From Burkholderiales bacterium (GTDB lineage: Bacteria > Pseudomonadota > Gammaproteobacteria > Burkholderiales > JAEUOS01): DNA of 64,000 nt. The stretch lies in contig JAEUOS010000066.1 in assembly GCA_016790695.1 (NCBI GenBank), positions 23,446 through 87,445 of the forward strand, given 5' to 3'. Numbering within the stretch: position 1 is the stretch's first letter; each line of letters opens with the position of its first letter. A program made the translations under genes and the position numbers. The notes below the pieces were generated by a model. That model was not told the origin of the DNA. It worked only from the letters and a program-made list of their open reading frames with translations, and made no database searches. This document shows positions 12,254 to 21,564 of the stretch, piece after piece.

Positions 12254-12313
12254 TCCTGCCGGTTCGGCGCTTCCTAGACTATCCGCATCGCTCGTACCGA
12301 CGGAGGCGGCGCC

Positions 12314-13936
12314 ATGGATGCCAAGCAGCTCGTTTTTCACGACGAAGCGCGTGCGCGCGTGATGCGCGGCGTCGAACAGCTCGCCGATGCCGTGAAGTGC
12401 ACGCTCGGCCCGAAGGCGCGCACGGTGATCCTCGAGCGTTCCTTCGGCGCGCCGTTGATCATCAATTCCGGGGTGATGGTCGCCAAGGAGATCGTGCTGT
12501 CGGATCCGGTCGAGAACATCGGCGCCCAGCTCGCGCGCGAAGTGGCGAGCCGCACCTCCGACGTCGCCGGCGACGGCACCACGACCGCGACCGTGCTGGC
12601 GCAGGCGATCGCGCGCGAAGGCATGAAGTACGTCACCGAGGGCGTCAACCCGCTGGATCTCAAGCGCGGCATCGACCTCGCGGTCGAGAAGGTGGTCGCC
12701 GAGCTCAAGGCCGCGGCGCGGCCGTGCACCAGCGGCACCGAGATCACGCAGGTGGCGACGATCTCGGCCAACAACGACCGCGGCATCGGCGAGCTGGTGG
12801 CCCGGGCGATCGACAAGGTCGGCAAGGACGGCGCCATCACCGTCGAGGACGGCACCGGCATCCTGTCCGAGCTGGAGATCGTCGAGGGCATGCAGTTCGA
12901 CCGCGGCTTCACCTCGCCGTACTTCATCAACAGCGACAAGCAGCGCGCGGTGCTCGAGGACCCGCTGGTCCTGCTCACCGACCGCAAGGTTTCCTCGATC
13001 AAGGACCTGCTGCCGATCCTGGAGCAGACCGCGCAGGCGGGCAAGCCGCTGCTGCTCGTCGCCGAGGACATCGAGGGCGAGGCGCTGGCGACGCTGGTGG
13101 TCAATGCGGTGCGCGGCGTGATCAAGGTCTGCGCGGTCAAGGCCCCCGGATTCGGCGACCGCCGCAAGGCGCTGCTCGAGGACATCGCGATCCTCACCGG
13201 CGGCACCGTGGTCTCGGAGGAACTGGGCCTCGCGCTGGACAAGGCCAGGCTCGACATGCTGGGCCGGGCCAAGCGCGTCGAGGTCGACAAGGACAACACC
13301 ACCATCATCGGCGGCCGCGGCGACGCGGCGCGCATCCGCGACCGCATCGCCGCGATCCGCGGGCAGATCGACGCGACCACCTCGACCTACGACAAGGAAA
13401 AGCTGCAGGAGCGCGCCGCCAAGCTCTCGGGCGGGGTGGCGCTGGTCAAGGTCGGCGCCGCCACCGAGGTCGAGCTCAAGGAGAAGAAGGCGCGCGTCGA
13501 GGACGCGCTGCACGCCACCCACGCGGCGATGGAGGAGGGCGTGCTGCCGGGCGGCGGCGTCGGCCTGCTGCGCGCCCGCGGCATCCTGGGCAGCCTGCGC
13601 GGCGCCAACGAGGACCAGAACCTCGGCATCCGCATCGTCGCCCGCGCGCTCGAGGCGCCGCTGCGCCAGATCGCGGAGAATGCCGGCGCCGAGGCGTCGG
13701 TGGTGCTGGCGCAGGTCGCGCGCCGCAAGGGCGCCTACGGCTACAACGCCGCCAGCGGCAAGTTCGGCGACCTCGTCGCCATGGGCGTGCTCGATCCCTG
13801 CAAGGTGACCCGCACGGCGCTGCAGAACGCGTCGTCGATCGCGAGCCTGCTGCTGACCACCGATGTCGTGGTGGCGTCGAAACCCAGGAAGGAGGCGCCG
13901 GGCCCGGCGCTGGCGGGGACCGAACCGGAGTTCTGA
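12314..13936 (+). CDS. groEL: Chaperonin GroEL paralogue (no adjacent groES)
   Basis: 540 aa. Blocks [47 protein letters not shown]-like [14 protein letters not shown]-terminus is ...[20 protein letters not shown], with no GGM repeats. Confidence 0.92.
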   Translation: MDAKQLVFHDEARARVMRGVEQLADAVKCTLGPKARTVILERSFGAPLIINSGVMVAKEIVLSDPVENIGAQLAREVASRTSDVAGDGTTTATVLAQAIAREGMKYVTEGVNPLDLKRGIDLAVEKVVAELKAAARPCTSGTEITQVATISANNDRGIGELVARAIDKVGKDGAITVEDGTGILSELEIVEGMQFDRGFTSPYFINSDKQRAVLEDPLVLLTDRKVSSIKDLLPILEQTAQAGKPLLLVAEDIEGEALATLVVNAVRGVIKVCAVKAPGFGDRRKALLEDIAILTGGTVVSEELGLALDKARLDMLGRAKRVEVDKDNTTIIGGRGDAARIRDRIAAIRGQIDATTSTYDKEKLQERAAKLSGGVALVKVGAATEVELKEKKARVEDALHATHAAMEEGVLPGGGVGLLRARGILGSLRGANEDQNLGIRIVARALEAPLRQIAENAGAEASVVLAQVARRKGAYGYNAASGKFGDLVAMGVLDPCKVTRTALQNASSIASLLLTTDVVVASKPRKEAPGPALAGTEPEF

Positions 13937-13962
13937 GCCGCGCCGGCACCGCGGGCGGCGCG

Positions 13963-15438
13963 CTAGACGCCCATGCAGAGGTACTTGATCGCCAGGTATT
14001 CGTCGATGCCGTACTTCGACCCCTCGCGGCCGATGCCCGACTGCTTGACGCCGCCGAACGGCGCCTCCGCGGTCGAGATCAGGCCGGTGTTGATGCCGAT
14101 CATGCCGTACTCGAGCGCCTCGGCCACCTTCCAGACGCGCGACAGGTTCTGCGAGTAGAAGTAGGCGGCCAGGCCGAACTCGGTGTCGTTGGCCAGGTCC
14201 ACGACCTCCTCGTCGCTCGCGAACCGCAGCAGCGGGGCCACCGGGCCGAAGGTCTCCTCGCGGAAGATGCGCATGGCGCGCGTCACCCCGGTGAGCACGG
14301 TCGGCTGGTAGAAGGTGCCGCCGAGCGCGTGGTCGCGGCCGCCGGTGAGGGCGGTCGCGCCCTGGGCGAGCGCGTCCTCCACATGGGCGCGCACCTTGGC
14401 GATCGCGGGCGCGTCGATCAGGGGGCCGGTGGTGACGCCCGGGTCGAACCCGTCGCCGACCTTGAGCTTGCCGACCGCGGCCGCGAGCTTCGCCGCGAAG
14501 GCGTCGTAGACCCGGTCCTGGACGAACAGCCGGTTGGCGCAGACGCAGGTCTGGCCCGCGTTGCGGTACTTCGAGATCATCGCGCCTTCGACCGCGCGAT
14601 CGAGATCGGCGTCGTCGAAGACGATGAACGGCGCGTTGCCGCCGAGTTCGAGCGAGATCTTCTTGACCGTCGAGGCGGACTGGCGCATCAGGATGCGCCC
14701 GACCTCGGTCGAGCCGGTGAAGGTGACCTTGCGCACCAGCGGGCTGGTGGTGAGCTCCAGGCCGACGGCGGGCGTGCGGTCGAGGTCGGCGGTGACCACC
14801 TGCAGCACCCCGTCGGGCACGCCGGCGCGCGCGGCCAGTTCGGCCATCGCCAGGGCGGAGTACGGCGTCTGCTCGGCCGGCTTGACGATCATGACGCAGC
14901 CGGCGGCGAGCGCCGGCGCCGCCTTGCGGGTGATCATCGCGATCGGGAAGTTCCAGGGGGTGATCGCGGCGCACACGCCGACCGGTTCCTTGACCACCAC
15001 GATGCGCTTGTCGGCGGCGTGGCCGGGGATGACGTCGCCGTAGGTGCGCCGGCCTTCCTCGGCGAACCATTCGATGAACGAGGCGCCGTAGGCGACCTCG
15101 CCCCTGGCCTCCGGCAGCGGCTTGCCCTGCTCGGCGGTCATGATCGCGCCCAGGTCGTCCGCGTGCGCCATCATCAGCTCGTACCAGCGCCGGAGGATGG
15201 TCGCGCGCTCCTTCGCGGTCCGCGCGCGCCAGGGGCCCCAGGCAGCGGCGGCCGCGTCGATCGCGCGCCGCGTCTCCGCCGGCCCCAGATTGGCGACCTG
15301 GCCGAGCAGCCGGCCGTTGGCCGGGTTGGCGACGGCGAACGTGGCGCCGTCGTCGGCCGGGATCCAGCGGCCGCCGACGAAGGCATCGCCGCGGAGCAGC
15401 GTCGGATCCTTGAGCGGGGGCATGGCGGTGGCGTGCAC
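13963..15438 (-). CDS. gabD: NAD(P)-dependent succinate-semialdehyde dehydrogenase
   Basis: 491 aa. Aldehyde dehydrogenase blocks ITPWNFP, FTGSTEVG, LELGGNAP, GQTCVCANR. GTG start at 15438 with AGGAGG 8 nt upstream. Confidence 0.9.
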   Translation of the reverse strand: MHATAMPPLKDPTLLRGDAFVGGRWIPADDGATFAVANPANGRLLGQVANLGPAETRRAIDAAAAAWGPWRARTAKERATILRRWYELMMAHADDLGAIMTAEQGKPLPEARGEVAYGASFIEWFAEEGRRTYGDVIPGHAADKRIVVVKEPVGVCAAITPWNFPIAMITRKAAPALAAGCVMIVKPAEQTPYSALAMAELAARAGVPDGVLQVVTADLDRTPAVGLELTTSPLVRKVTFTGSTEVGRILMRQSASTVKKISLELGGNAPFIVFDDADLDRAVEGAMISKYRNAGQTCVCANRLFVQDRVYDAFAAKLAAAVGKLKVGDGFDPGVTTGPLIDAPAIAKVRAHVEDALAQGATALTGGRDHALGGTFYQPTVLTGVTRAMRIFREETFGPVAPLLRFASDEEVVDLANDTEFGLAAYFYSQNLSRVWKVAEALEYGMIGINTGLISTAEAPFGGVKQSGIGREGSKYGIDEYLAIKYLCMGV

Positions 15439-15515
15439 GGCGGTTTCCTCCTGGCGGGTCGTGGTCCGCGATTGTACGGCGGGCCCGGCCGGCGGCCGCG
15501 GACCGTCCGGCGCCG

Positions 15516-15529
15516 TTCAACATATTGAA
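15516..15529. promoter_or_regulatory. 14-bp palindrome TTCAA-CATA-TTGAA in the gabD/iclR divergent region
   Basis: Read directly. It lies in a short AT-rich patch (15516-15552) of an otherwise GC-rich intergenic region. Candidate IclR-type operator. Confidence 0.35.
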
Positions 15530-15544
15530 ATTCAGTTTGCAATA

Positions 15545-15573
15545 TTGACACATGAGCGGCCGTTTGCTATGGT
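15545..15573 (+). promoter_or_regulatory. Sigma70-like promoter TTGACA-N17-TATGGT
   Basis: TTGACA at 15545-15550 and TATGGT at 15568-15573 with a 17-nt spacer. The first ATG of the IclR ORF (15552) lies inside the spacer, so this element and that start conflict. Confidence 0.3.
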
Positions 15574-16382
15574 CCGGCTCCCTGTGTTGCCTGCACGCGC
15601 GCGCCGTGGCCGAGACCGCCGTCGATGCCGACCCCTACTTCGCGACCACGCTCGCGCGCGGCCTCGCGGTGATGCGCGCGTTCACGCCCGCGGAGGAATC
15701 GCTCAGCAACAGGGAGCTGGCCGAGCGCACCGGCCTGGCGCGGCCGACCGTCTCGCGCCTGGCGCGCACCCTGGTGCAGCTTGGCTACCTGCGGCAGGCG
15801 CTGACCCGCGACCGGTATTCGCTGGGCCCGGCCGTGCTCGAACTGGCCCACCCGTTCCTCGCCAATCTGGCGGTGCGGCGCATCGCCCGTCCGCTGATGC
15901 AGCGCCTGGCCGATGCGGCCAAGGGCGCGGTGTCGCTGGGCATGCGCCACGGCATCGACCTGGTGCTGGTGGAGAGCTGCCAGAACGCGCAGGCGATCAC
16001 CGCGCGGCCCGACGTCGGCGCCGTGCGGCCGATGGAGGCGACCGCGATGGGCTATGCGAGCCTGGCGGCGATGGCGCCGCCCGAGCGCACCGCCGTCCTC
16101 GAGCGCTGCCGCGCCGCCGCGCGCTATGACTGGCGTACCGTGCGCGCGCGGGTGGATGCCGAGCTGGCGCGCTTCCGCGCCCATGGCTATTGCGTCTCCC
16201 GCGGCGACCAGCGCCAGGGCATGTTCGCCGTCGGCGTGCCGCTCGGCGGACCGACCGGCGAGCCGATGGCGTTGAACTGCGTCGTCGCCGCCTACCAGCT
16301 CAAGGACGGCGAACTGGAAGCCGACCTGGCGCCGCGACTGCTGGCGCTGGCGCGGCAGGTCGAAGCCGCCCTCGGGCACTAG
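15552..16382 (+). CDS. IclR family transcriptional regulator
   Basis: wHTH LSNRELAERTGLARPTVSRLARTLVQLGYL followed by an IclR effector domain. Start is uncertain: no SD before ATG 15552; alternative in-frame GTG at 15606. Confidence 0.8.
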   Translation: MSGRLLWSGSLCCLHARAVAETAVDADPYFATTLARGLAVMRAFTPAEESLSNRELAERTGLARPTVSRLARTLVQLGYLRQALTRDRYSLGPAVLELAHPFLANLAVRRIARPLMQRLADAAKGAVSLGMRHGIDLVLVESCQNAQAITARPDVGAVRPMEATAMGYASLAAMAPPERTAVLERCRAAARYDWRTVRARVDAELARFRAHGYCVSRGDQRQGMFAVGVPLGGPTGEPMALNCVVAAYQLKDGELEADLAPRLLALARQVEAALGH

Positions 16383-16430
16383 CCGGGCGGCCGGCCGGAC
16401 GACACGGGATCCCGCAAACGGAGAATCGAA

Positions 16431-18566
16431 TTGCAAGACTCGACCGAGACCAACCTCGACGCGCTGTTCAACCCCGCATCGGTGGCCGTGGTGGGCGCGA
16501 CCAACGATGTCGGCCGCATCGGCGGGGTGCCGCTGGACCTGATGATCCGGCGCGGCTATCGCGGCCGCATCCTGCCGATCAACCCCAAGTACGCCGAGAT
16601 CCAGGGTCTGCCGGCCTATCCGAGCCTGGCGGCCGTCGGCGCGCCGGTCGACCTCGTCGTCGTCGCGGTCAATGCCGCGGCCGTGCCGCAGACGCTGGAG
16701 GACGCGATCGCCGCCGGTGCCAAGGGCATGGTGCTGTTCTCGTCGGGGTTCGCCGAAGCCGACGAGGCCGGCCGCGCCGCGCAGCAGGCGCTTGCCGCGC
16801 GCGCGCGCGCGGCCGGCGTGCGCCTGCTCGGGCCCAACTGCCTGGGCTTGATGGCCTTTGCGAGCAACGTCTACGCCACCTTCTCGCCGGCGCCGCGCGC
16901 CGGCGAGTCGAAGCAGGGCGACATCGCCATCGTCAGCCAGTCGGGCGCGTTCGGCGCCTTCGCCTACTCGCTGGCGCGCATCAAGGGCCTGGGCATGTCC
17001 TACTGGCTCACCACCGGCAACGAAGCCGACATCGAGTTCGCCGACTGCGTCGCGTGGCTGGCCAACGATCCCGCCACGCGCGTGATCCTCGGCTACATCG
17101 AGGGGTGCCGGGACGGCGCGAAGCTCAAGCGCGCGCTCGCGGCGGCGCGCGCCGCGGGCAAGCGCGTGGTCATCACCAAGGTCGGTCGGTCCGCGCTCGG
17201 CAGCGCGGCCGCCGCCTCCCACACCGCCGCCCTCACCGGGGAGGACGCGGTCTACGACGCGATGTTCCGCCAGTACGGCGTCTGGCGCGCGCGCACCGTC
17301 GAGGAACTGTTCACCGTCGGCTATGCGGCCTCGATGTGCGCGGCGCCGGCATCGCGGCGCATCGGGCTGCTCACCACCTCGGGCGGCGTCGGCGTGCTGA
17401 TGGCCGACGAGGCGGTCGACTGCGGGCTCGACGTCGCCGAGATGCCCGCCGCGGCGCAGGCGGCGCTGCGCGCCAAGGTGTCCTTCGCCGGACCGCGCAA
17501 CCCGGTCGACATCACCGGCCAGCACCAGAACCACCCGGAACTGCTCGGCGAGACCCTGGAGAACATGCTCGGCCGCGGCCCCGATCAGGGGCGTTACGAC
17601 AGCCTGCTGTTCTTTCCGGCAGCCGGCCTGCTCGGCTCGCCGCGCGCGCAGGTCGTCGTCGACGCGCTCATCGCCGCGCATCGACGCCACCCCGACGTTC
17701 CGCTCGGCGTCAACGGGCTGGCGCGGCCGGAGCAGCGCGCGCAATTCGAGGCGGCGGGGATCCCGGTGCTCGAGGAGCCGAGCGGCGCGGTCCGCGCGTT
17801 CGGGGCGCTGGCCTTCATGGCCGAGAGCGCGCGCCGCGCGGCCGCGCGCGCACCGATCGCGCTGCCGGCGGTGGCGCCGTTGCCGGCGCATGCACTCACC
17901 GAGATCGAGGCACTGCGCCTGCTCCGGGATGCCGGGCTGCCGGCGATGCCGTGCCGGCACGCGGCGAGCGCGGACGAGGCGGCCGCGGCCGCCGCGGCGC
18001 TCGGCTTTCCGGTGGTGGTGAAGCTGTCGTCGCGCACCATCACGCACAAGAGCGACGTCGGCGGCGTGCGGCTCGACCTTGCCGATGCGGCGGCGGTGCG
18101 CGCCGCGTTCGACGCGGTCACGGCATCGGCGCGCCGGGCCGATCCGGCGGCCCACGTCGACGGCGTGCTGGTCGCGCCGATGATCCGCGGCGGGGTCGAG
18201 TGCATCCTCGGCGTGCAGCGCGACCCGGTGTTCGGCCCGGTGGTGATGTTCGGCCTCGGCGGCGTGCTGGTCGAGGCGCTCAAGGACGTGAGCTTCCGCG
18301 TCGCGCCCATCGACGAGGCCGAGGCCCGCGCGATGGTCGACGAGATCCGCGCGCGGCGCGTGCTCGACGGCATGCGCGGCGCGCCGCCGGCCGACGTCGA
18401 CGCGCTCGCCGCCGCCATCGCCGCGCTGTCGCGCTTCGCCGCCGCCCATGCCGACCGGCTCGAGAGCCTCGACCTCAACCCGTTCGTCGTGCTGCCCAGG
18501 GACGGCCCCGGCGTCGGCGGCGCGAGGGCGCTCGCGCTCGACGCCGTGCTCATCGCGCGCTCCTGA
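16431..18566 (+). CDS. ADP-forming acyl-CoA synthetase (acetate--CoA ligase family; CoA-binding plus ATP-grasp)
   Basis: TTG start with GGAGA upstream. N-terminal CoA-binding block SVAVVGATND...ILPINPKY, succinyl-CoA-synthetase-like flavodoxin region, C-terminal ATP-grasp (FPVVVKLSSRTITHKSDVGGV). Confidence 0.85.
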   Translation: MQDSTETNLDALFNPASVAVVGATNDVGRIGGVPLDLMIRRGYRGRILPINPKYAEIQGLPAYPSLAAVGAPVDLVVVAVNAAAVPQTLEDAIAAGAKGMVLFSSGFAEADEAGRAAQQALAARARAAGVRLLGPNCLGLMAFASNVYATFSPAPRAGESKQGDIAIVSQSGAFGAFAYSLARIKGLGMSYWLTTGNEADIEFADCVAWLANDPATRVILGYIEGCRDGAKLKRALAAARAAGKRVVITKVGRSALGSAAAASHTAALTGEDAVYDAMFRQYGVWRARTVEELFTVGYAASMCAAPASRRIGLLTTSGGVGVLMADEAVDCGLDVAEMPAAAQAALRAKVSFAGPRNPVDITGQHQNHPELLGETLENMLGRGPDQGRYDSLLFFPAAGLLGSPRAQVVVDALIAAHRRHPDVPLGVNGLARPEQRAQFEAAGIPVLEEPSGAVRAFGALAFMAESARRAAARAPIALPAVAPLPAHALTEIEALRLLRDAGLPAMPCRHAASADEAAAAAAALGFPVVVKLSSRTITHKSDVGGVRLDLADAAAVRAAFDAVTASARRADPAAHVDGVLVAPMIRGGVECILGVQRDPVFGPVVMFGLGGVLVEALKDVSFRVAPIDEAEARAMVDEIRARRVLDGMRGAPPADVDALAAAIAALSRFAAAHADRLESLDLNPFVVLPRDGPGVGGARALALDAVLIARS

Positions 18567-18590
18567 ACCGAATCCATCCGAGGAATCCCC

Positions 18591-19700
18591 ATGGCCACCG
18601 CCCGCCGCCGCATCGCGTTCCGCACCCCGCTGTGCGATCGCCTCGGCATCGACATTCCGATCTTCTCCTTCGCCCACAGCCTCGAGGTCACCGCCGCGGT
18701 CAGCCGCGCCGGCGGCTACGGCGTCTACGGGGCGACCCACGAGGAGCCGCACGAGATCCTGGAGAGCGCGCGCGCCCTGAAGGAGATGTGCGAGGGCCGC
18801 CCGTTCGGCCTCGACATCCTCCTGCCCACGGTCACCGTCGACCGCGACGACAAGGCCGCCGCCGACGCCGAGATTCCCGAGGCGCACCGCAGGTTCGTCG
18901 AGCACCTGCGCGAGAAGTACCAGGTGCCGCCGGCGACGCGCGAGCACCTGTTCATGAAGCATGTGCGCTCGCAGGAACTGTTCGCCGCGCAGGCCGATGC
19001 GGTGATCCGCTCCGGCGCGAACCTGTTCGCGATGGCGGTGGGCACGCCGGCCGACGTGGTCGCGCGCGCCAGGGCGGCCGGCCAGCTGACGCTCTCGCTG
19101 ATCGGCTCGCCGCGCCACGCGGCGCGCGTCAAGGCGACCGGCGTCGACCTGCTGGTCGCGCAGGGCTACGATGCCGGCGCGCATACCGGCACCGTGGGCA
19201 CGCTGTCGCTGGTGCCGCAGGTGGTCGACATCGTCGGCGATCTCCCGGTGATCGCCGCCGGGGGCATCGCCACCGGCCGCCAGATCGCCGCCGCCCTGGC
19301 GATGGGCGCGCAGGCCGTGTGGACCGGTACCATCTGGCTGGCCACCCAGGAACACGAGGTCGACAAGATCATCACCGATCACCTGATCGCGGCCGGCAGC
19401 GAGGACACGGTGATCTCGCGCTCGTGGAGCGGCAAGACCCTGCGCATGCTGCGCACCGCCTGGAGCGACGAATGGTCGGCGCCGGGCGCGCCGGCGCCGC
19501 TCAAGATGCCCTACCAGCAGGTCCTGGTCGGGGAGATCATGGAGGCGGTGAAGGAACACCGGATCGCGCCCCTCCTGTGGTCGGCCGCCGGGCAGAGCGT
19601 GGCCTATGTCCGCGGCATTTCGAGCGTCGAGGAAACCATGCGGCGCCTGGTCGATGAAACCGAGCAGTCCCTTTCGCGCCTCGCGGCGCTCAGGCAATGA
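18591..19700 (+). CDS. Nitronate monooxygenase / NAD(P)H-dependent flavin oxidoreductase family protein
   Basis: 369 aa. LGIDIPIFSFAH..., AQGYDAGAHTG and PVIAAGGIATGRQIAAALAMGAQAVWTGT are typical of the NMO/2-nitropropane dioxygenase TIM-barrel family. Confidence 0.8.
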   Translation: MATARRRIAFRTPLCDRLGIDIPIFSFAHSLEVTAAVSRAGGYGVYGATHEEPHEILESARALKEMCEGRPFGLDILLPTVTVDRDDKAAADAEIPEAHRRFVEHLREKYQVPPATREHLFMKHVRSQELFAAQADAVIRSGANLFAMAVGTPADVVARARAAGQLTLSLIGSPRHAARVKATGVDLLVAQGYDAGAHTGTVGTLSLVPQVVDIVGDLPVIAAGGIATGRQIAAALAMGAQAVWTGTIWLATQEHEVDKIITDHLIAAGSEDTVISRSWSGKTLRMLRTAWSDEWSAPGAPAPLKMPYQQVLVGEIMEAVKEHRIAPLLWSAAGQSVAYVRGISSVEETMRRLVDETEQSLSRLAALRQ

Positions 19701-19711
19701 GGAGACAGGAA

Positions 19712-20698
19712 ATGAACCGACGTCGCCGGATTCTTGGCGCGGCCGCCGCCGCACCGCTGACCCTTGCCACGCGCGGCTTCGCGCAGGGCGCGTACCCGAC
19801 GCGCGCGATCCGCATGATCGTGCCGTTCACCCCGGGCGGCGCGCTCGATACGGTCGCGCGCGCGGTGACGCCGATCGCGAGCGAGCGCCTCGGCCAGCAG
19901 ATCGTCATCGAGAACCGGCCCGGGGGCTTCACCATGATCGGCAACGACATGGTCGCCAAGGCGCCGCCCGACGGCTACACCCTGCTGTTCGCGGCCGCGC
20001 CGATCGCCTTCAATTCCGCCCTCGGCCTGAAGATTCCCTACGACCCGCTGACCGACTTCGAGTACGTGAGCCTGGTCGCGCGCATTCCGGGCATCCTCAT
20101 CGTCCACCCGTCGGTGCCGGCGCGCAACGTCCGGGAACTGGTCGAGTACGCGAAGAAGGAGGCGGCGGAGAAGGGCAGCTTCCAGTACGCGTCGGCCGGG
20201 GTCGGCACCATGGGGCATCTGCTGGGCGAGCATTTCTTCAGCGCGCAGGGGATCAAGACCGTGCACGTCGGTTACAAGGGCTCGGTGCCGGCGCTGCAGG
20301 ACCTGGTCGGCGGGCAGACGCGGGTGCTCATCGATGCCTACATTCCCAGCGGCCCGCAGATCCTGTCCGGCCGGGCCCGCGGACTCGCGCTGGCATCCGG
20401 GCGGCGCACCCCGGTGCTGCCCGACGTGCCCACGTTCGCCGAGGCCGGCTTCCCGGGCTTCGAGGGCTTCGGCTTCTACGGCGTCGCCGCGCCGGCGCGC
20501 ACGCCGCGCGCGATCGTCGACCGGCTCAACGCCGCCTTCGTCGCGGCGGCCACCGACCGCAAGGTCCTGGCGAGCCTGGTGTCCTCCGGCTACGAGGTGA
20601 GCGCGAGCAGCCCCGCGGAGTACCGCAGCTTCGTCCAGCGCCAGATCGCGTTGTGGACGCCGGTGGTGAAGCGGGCGGGCATCACGGTGCAGCAGTAG
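19712..20698 (+). CDS. Bug family (TctC-like) tripartite tricarboxylate transporter substrate-binding protein
   Basis: Start chosen at ATG 19712 (GAGGAGA 6 nt upstream) giving a Tat-like signal MNRRRRILGAAAAAPLTLA. Bug-family blocks YPTRAIRMIVPFTPGG and ENRPGG. Confidence 0.85.
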   Translation: MNRRRRILGAAAAAPLTLATRGFAQGAYPTRAIRMIVPFTPGGALDTVARAVTPIASERLGQQIVIENRPGGFTMIGNDMVAKAPPDGYTLLFAAAPIAFNSALGLKIPYDPLTDFEYVSLVARIPGILIVHPSVPARNVRELVEYAKKEAAEKGSFQYASAGVGTMGHLLGEHFFSAQGIKTVHVGYKGSVPALQDLVGGQTRVLIDAYIPSGPQILSGRARGLALASGRRTPVLPDVPTFAEAGFPGFEGFGFYGVAAPARTPRAIVDRLNAAFVAAATDRKVLASLVSSGYEVSASSPAEYRSFVQRQIALWTPVVKRAGITVQQ

Positions 20699-20768
20699 CA
20701 CGGCGCCGGGCCCGCGGCGGCCGGCGGGCGATCAGCGACAATCCCGGCATCCGCCCGCGATCGCCGCC

Positions 20769-21548
20769 ATGCACACGCCACGCAAGCGCTTCGGCCAGCA
20801 CTTCCTCGCCGATCCCGACATCGTCGCCGCGATCGTGCGCGCGATCGATCCGCGCCCGGGCGACGCGATGGTCGAGATCGGCCCGGGGCTGGGCGCCCTG
20901 ACCGCGCCGCTGCTCGCCCGGCTCGACTGCCTGCATGCGGTGGAGATCGACCGCGATGTCATCGCCGCGCTCGCGCGCCGCCATCCGCCGCCGCGGCTGA
21001 CCATCCATGCGGGCGATGCGCTGGCGTTCGATTTCGGCGCGCTGGCGGCGCGCTGCGGCGCGCCGCTGCGCGTGGTCGGCAACCTGCCGTACAACATCTC
21101 CACCCCGCTGCTGTTTCACCTGGCAAGCTTCGCCGAGCGCATCGTCGACTGCCACTTCATGCTGCAGAAGGAGGTGGTCCTGCGCATGGTGGCCGCGCCC
21201 GGCGGGCGCGACTACGGCCGGCTGTCGGTGATGCTGCAGTACCGCTTCGCGATGGAGCTTCTGCTCGAGGTTCCGCCGGACGCCTTCGACCCGCCGCCGA
21301 AGGTCGACTCGGCGGTCGTGCGCATGCTGCCCCGGCCGGCGCGGGAGCGCACCGCGCGCGACGAGGCGGCGCTGGGGCGGCTGGTGACGCAGGCCTTCGG
21401 CCAGCGGCGCAAGGTGCTGCGCAACACCCTCAAGGGTTGCGCGACGCCGGCGCAGATGGAGGCCGCCGGCATCGCGCCGACGGCGCGCGCCGAGGAGGTC
21501 GGACTCGACCGCTACGTGGCGCTCGCCAACCTCCTGTCAGGCGACTGA
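20769..21548 (+). CDS. rsmA: 16S rRNA (adenine1518/1519-N6)-dimethyltransferase
   Basis: 259 aa. KRFGQHFL, SAM motif VEIGPGLGALT, GNLPYNISTP. Confidence 0.92.
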   Translation: MHTPRKRFGQHFLADPDIVAAIVRAIDPRPGDAMVEIGPGLGALTAPLLARLDCLHAVEIDRDVIAALARRHPPPRLTIHAGDALAFDFGALAARCGAPLRVVGNLPYNISTPLLFHLASFAERIVDCHFMLQKEVVLRMVAAPGGRDYGRLSVMLQYRFAMELLLEVPPDAFDPPPKVDSAVVRMLPRPARERTARDEAALGRLVTQAFGQRRKVLRNTLKGCATPAQMEAAGIAPTARAEEVGLDRYVALANLLSGD

Positions 21549-21564
21549 CGCGGCGCCGCGCCGA

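Noticed and set aside
15567-19754. A 1395-aa minus-strand ORF, and similar giants such as 16190..19657 (+), 24815..27139 (+) and 32085..35057 (-).
   Set aside because: Their translations are monotonous Arg/Ala/Gly/Pro/Asp strings with no motif. They lie antisense or out of frame to genes with unmistakable conserved motifs (acyl-CoA ligase, NMO, glyS, alaS). These are typical high-GC shadow ORFs.
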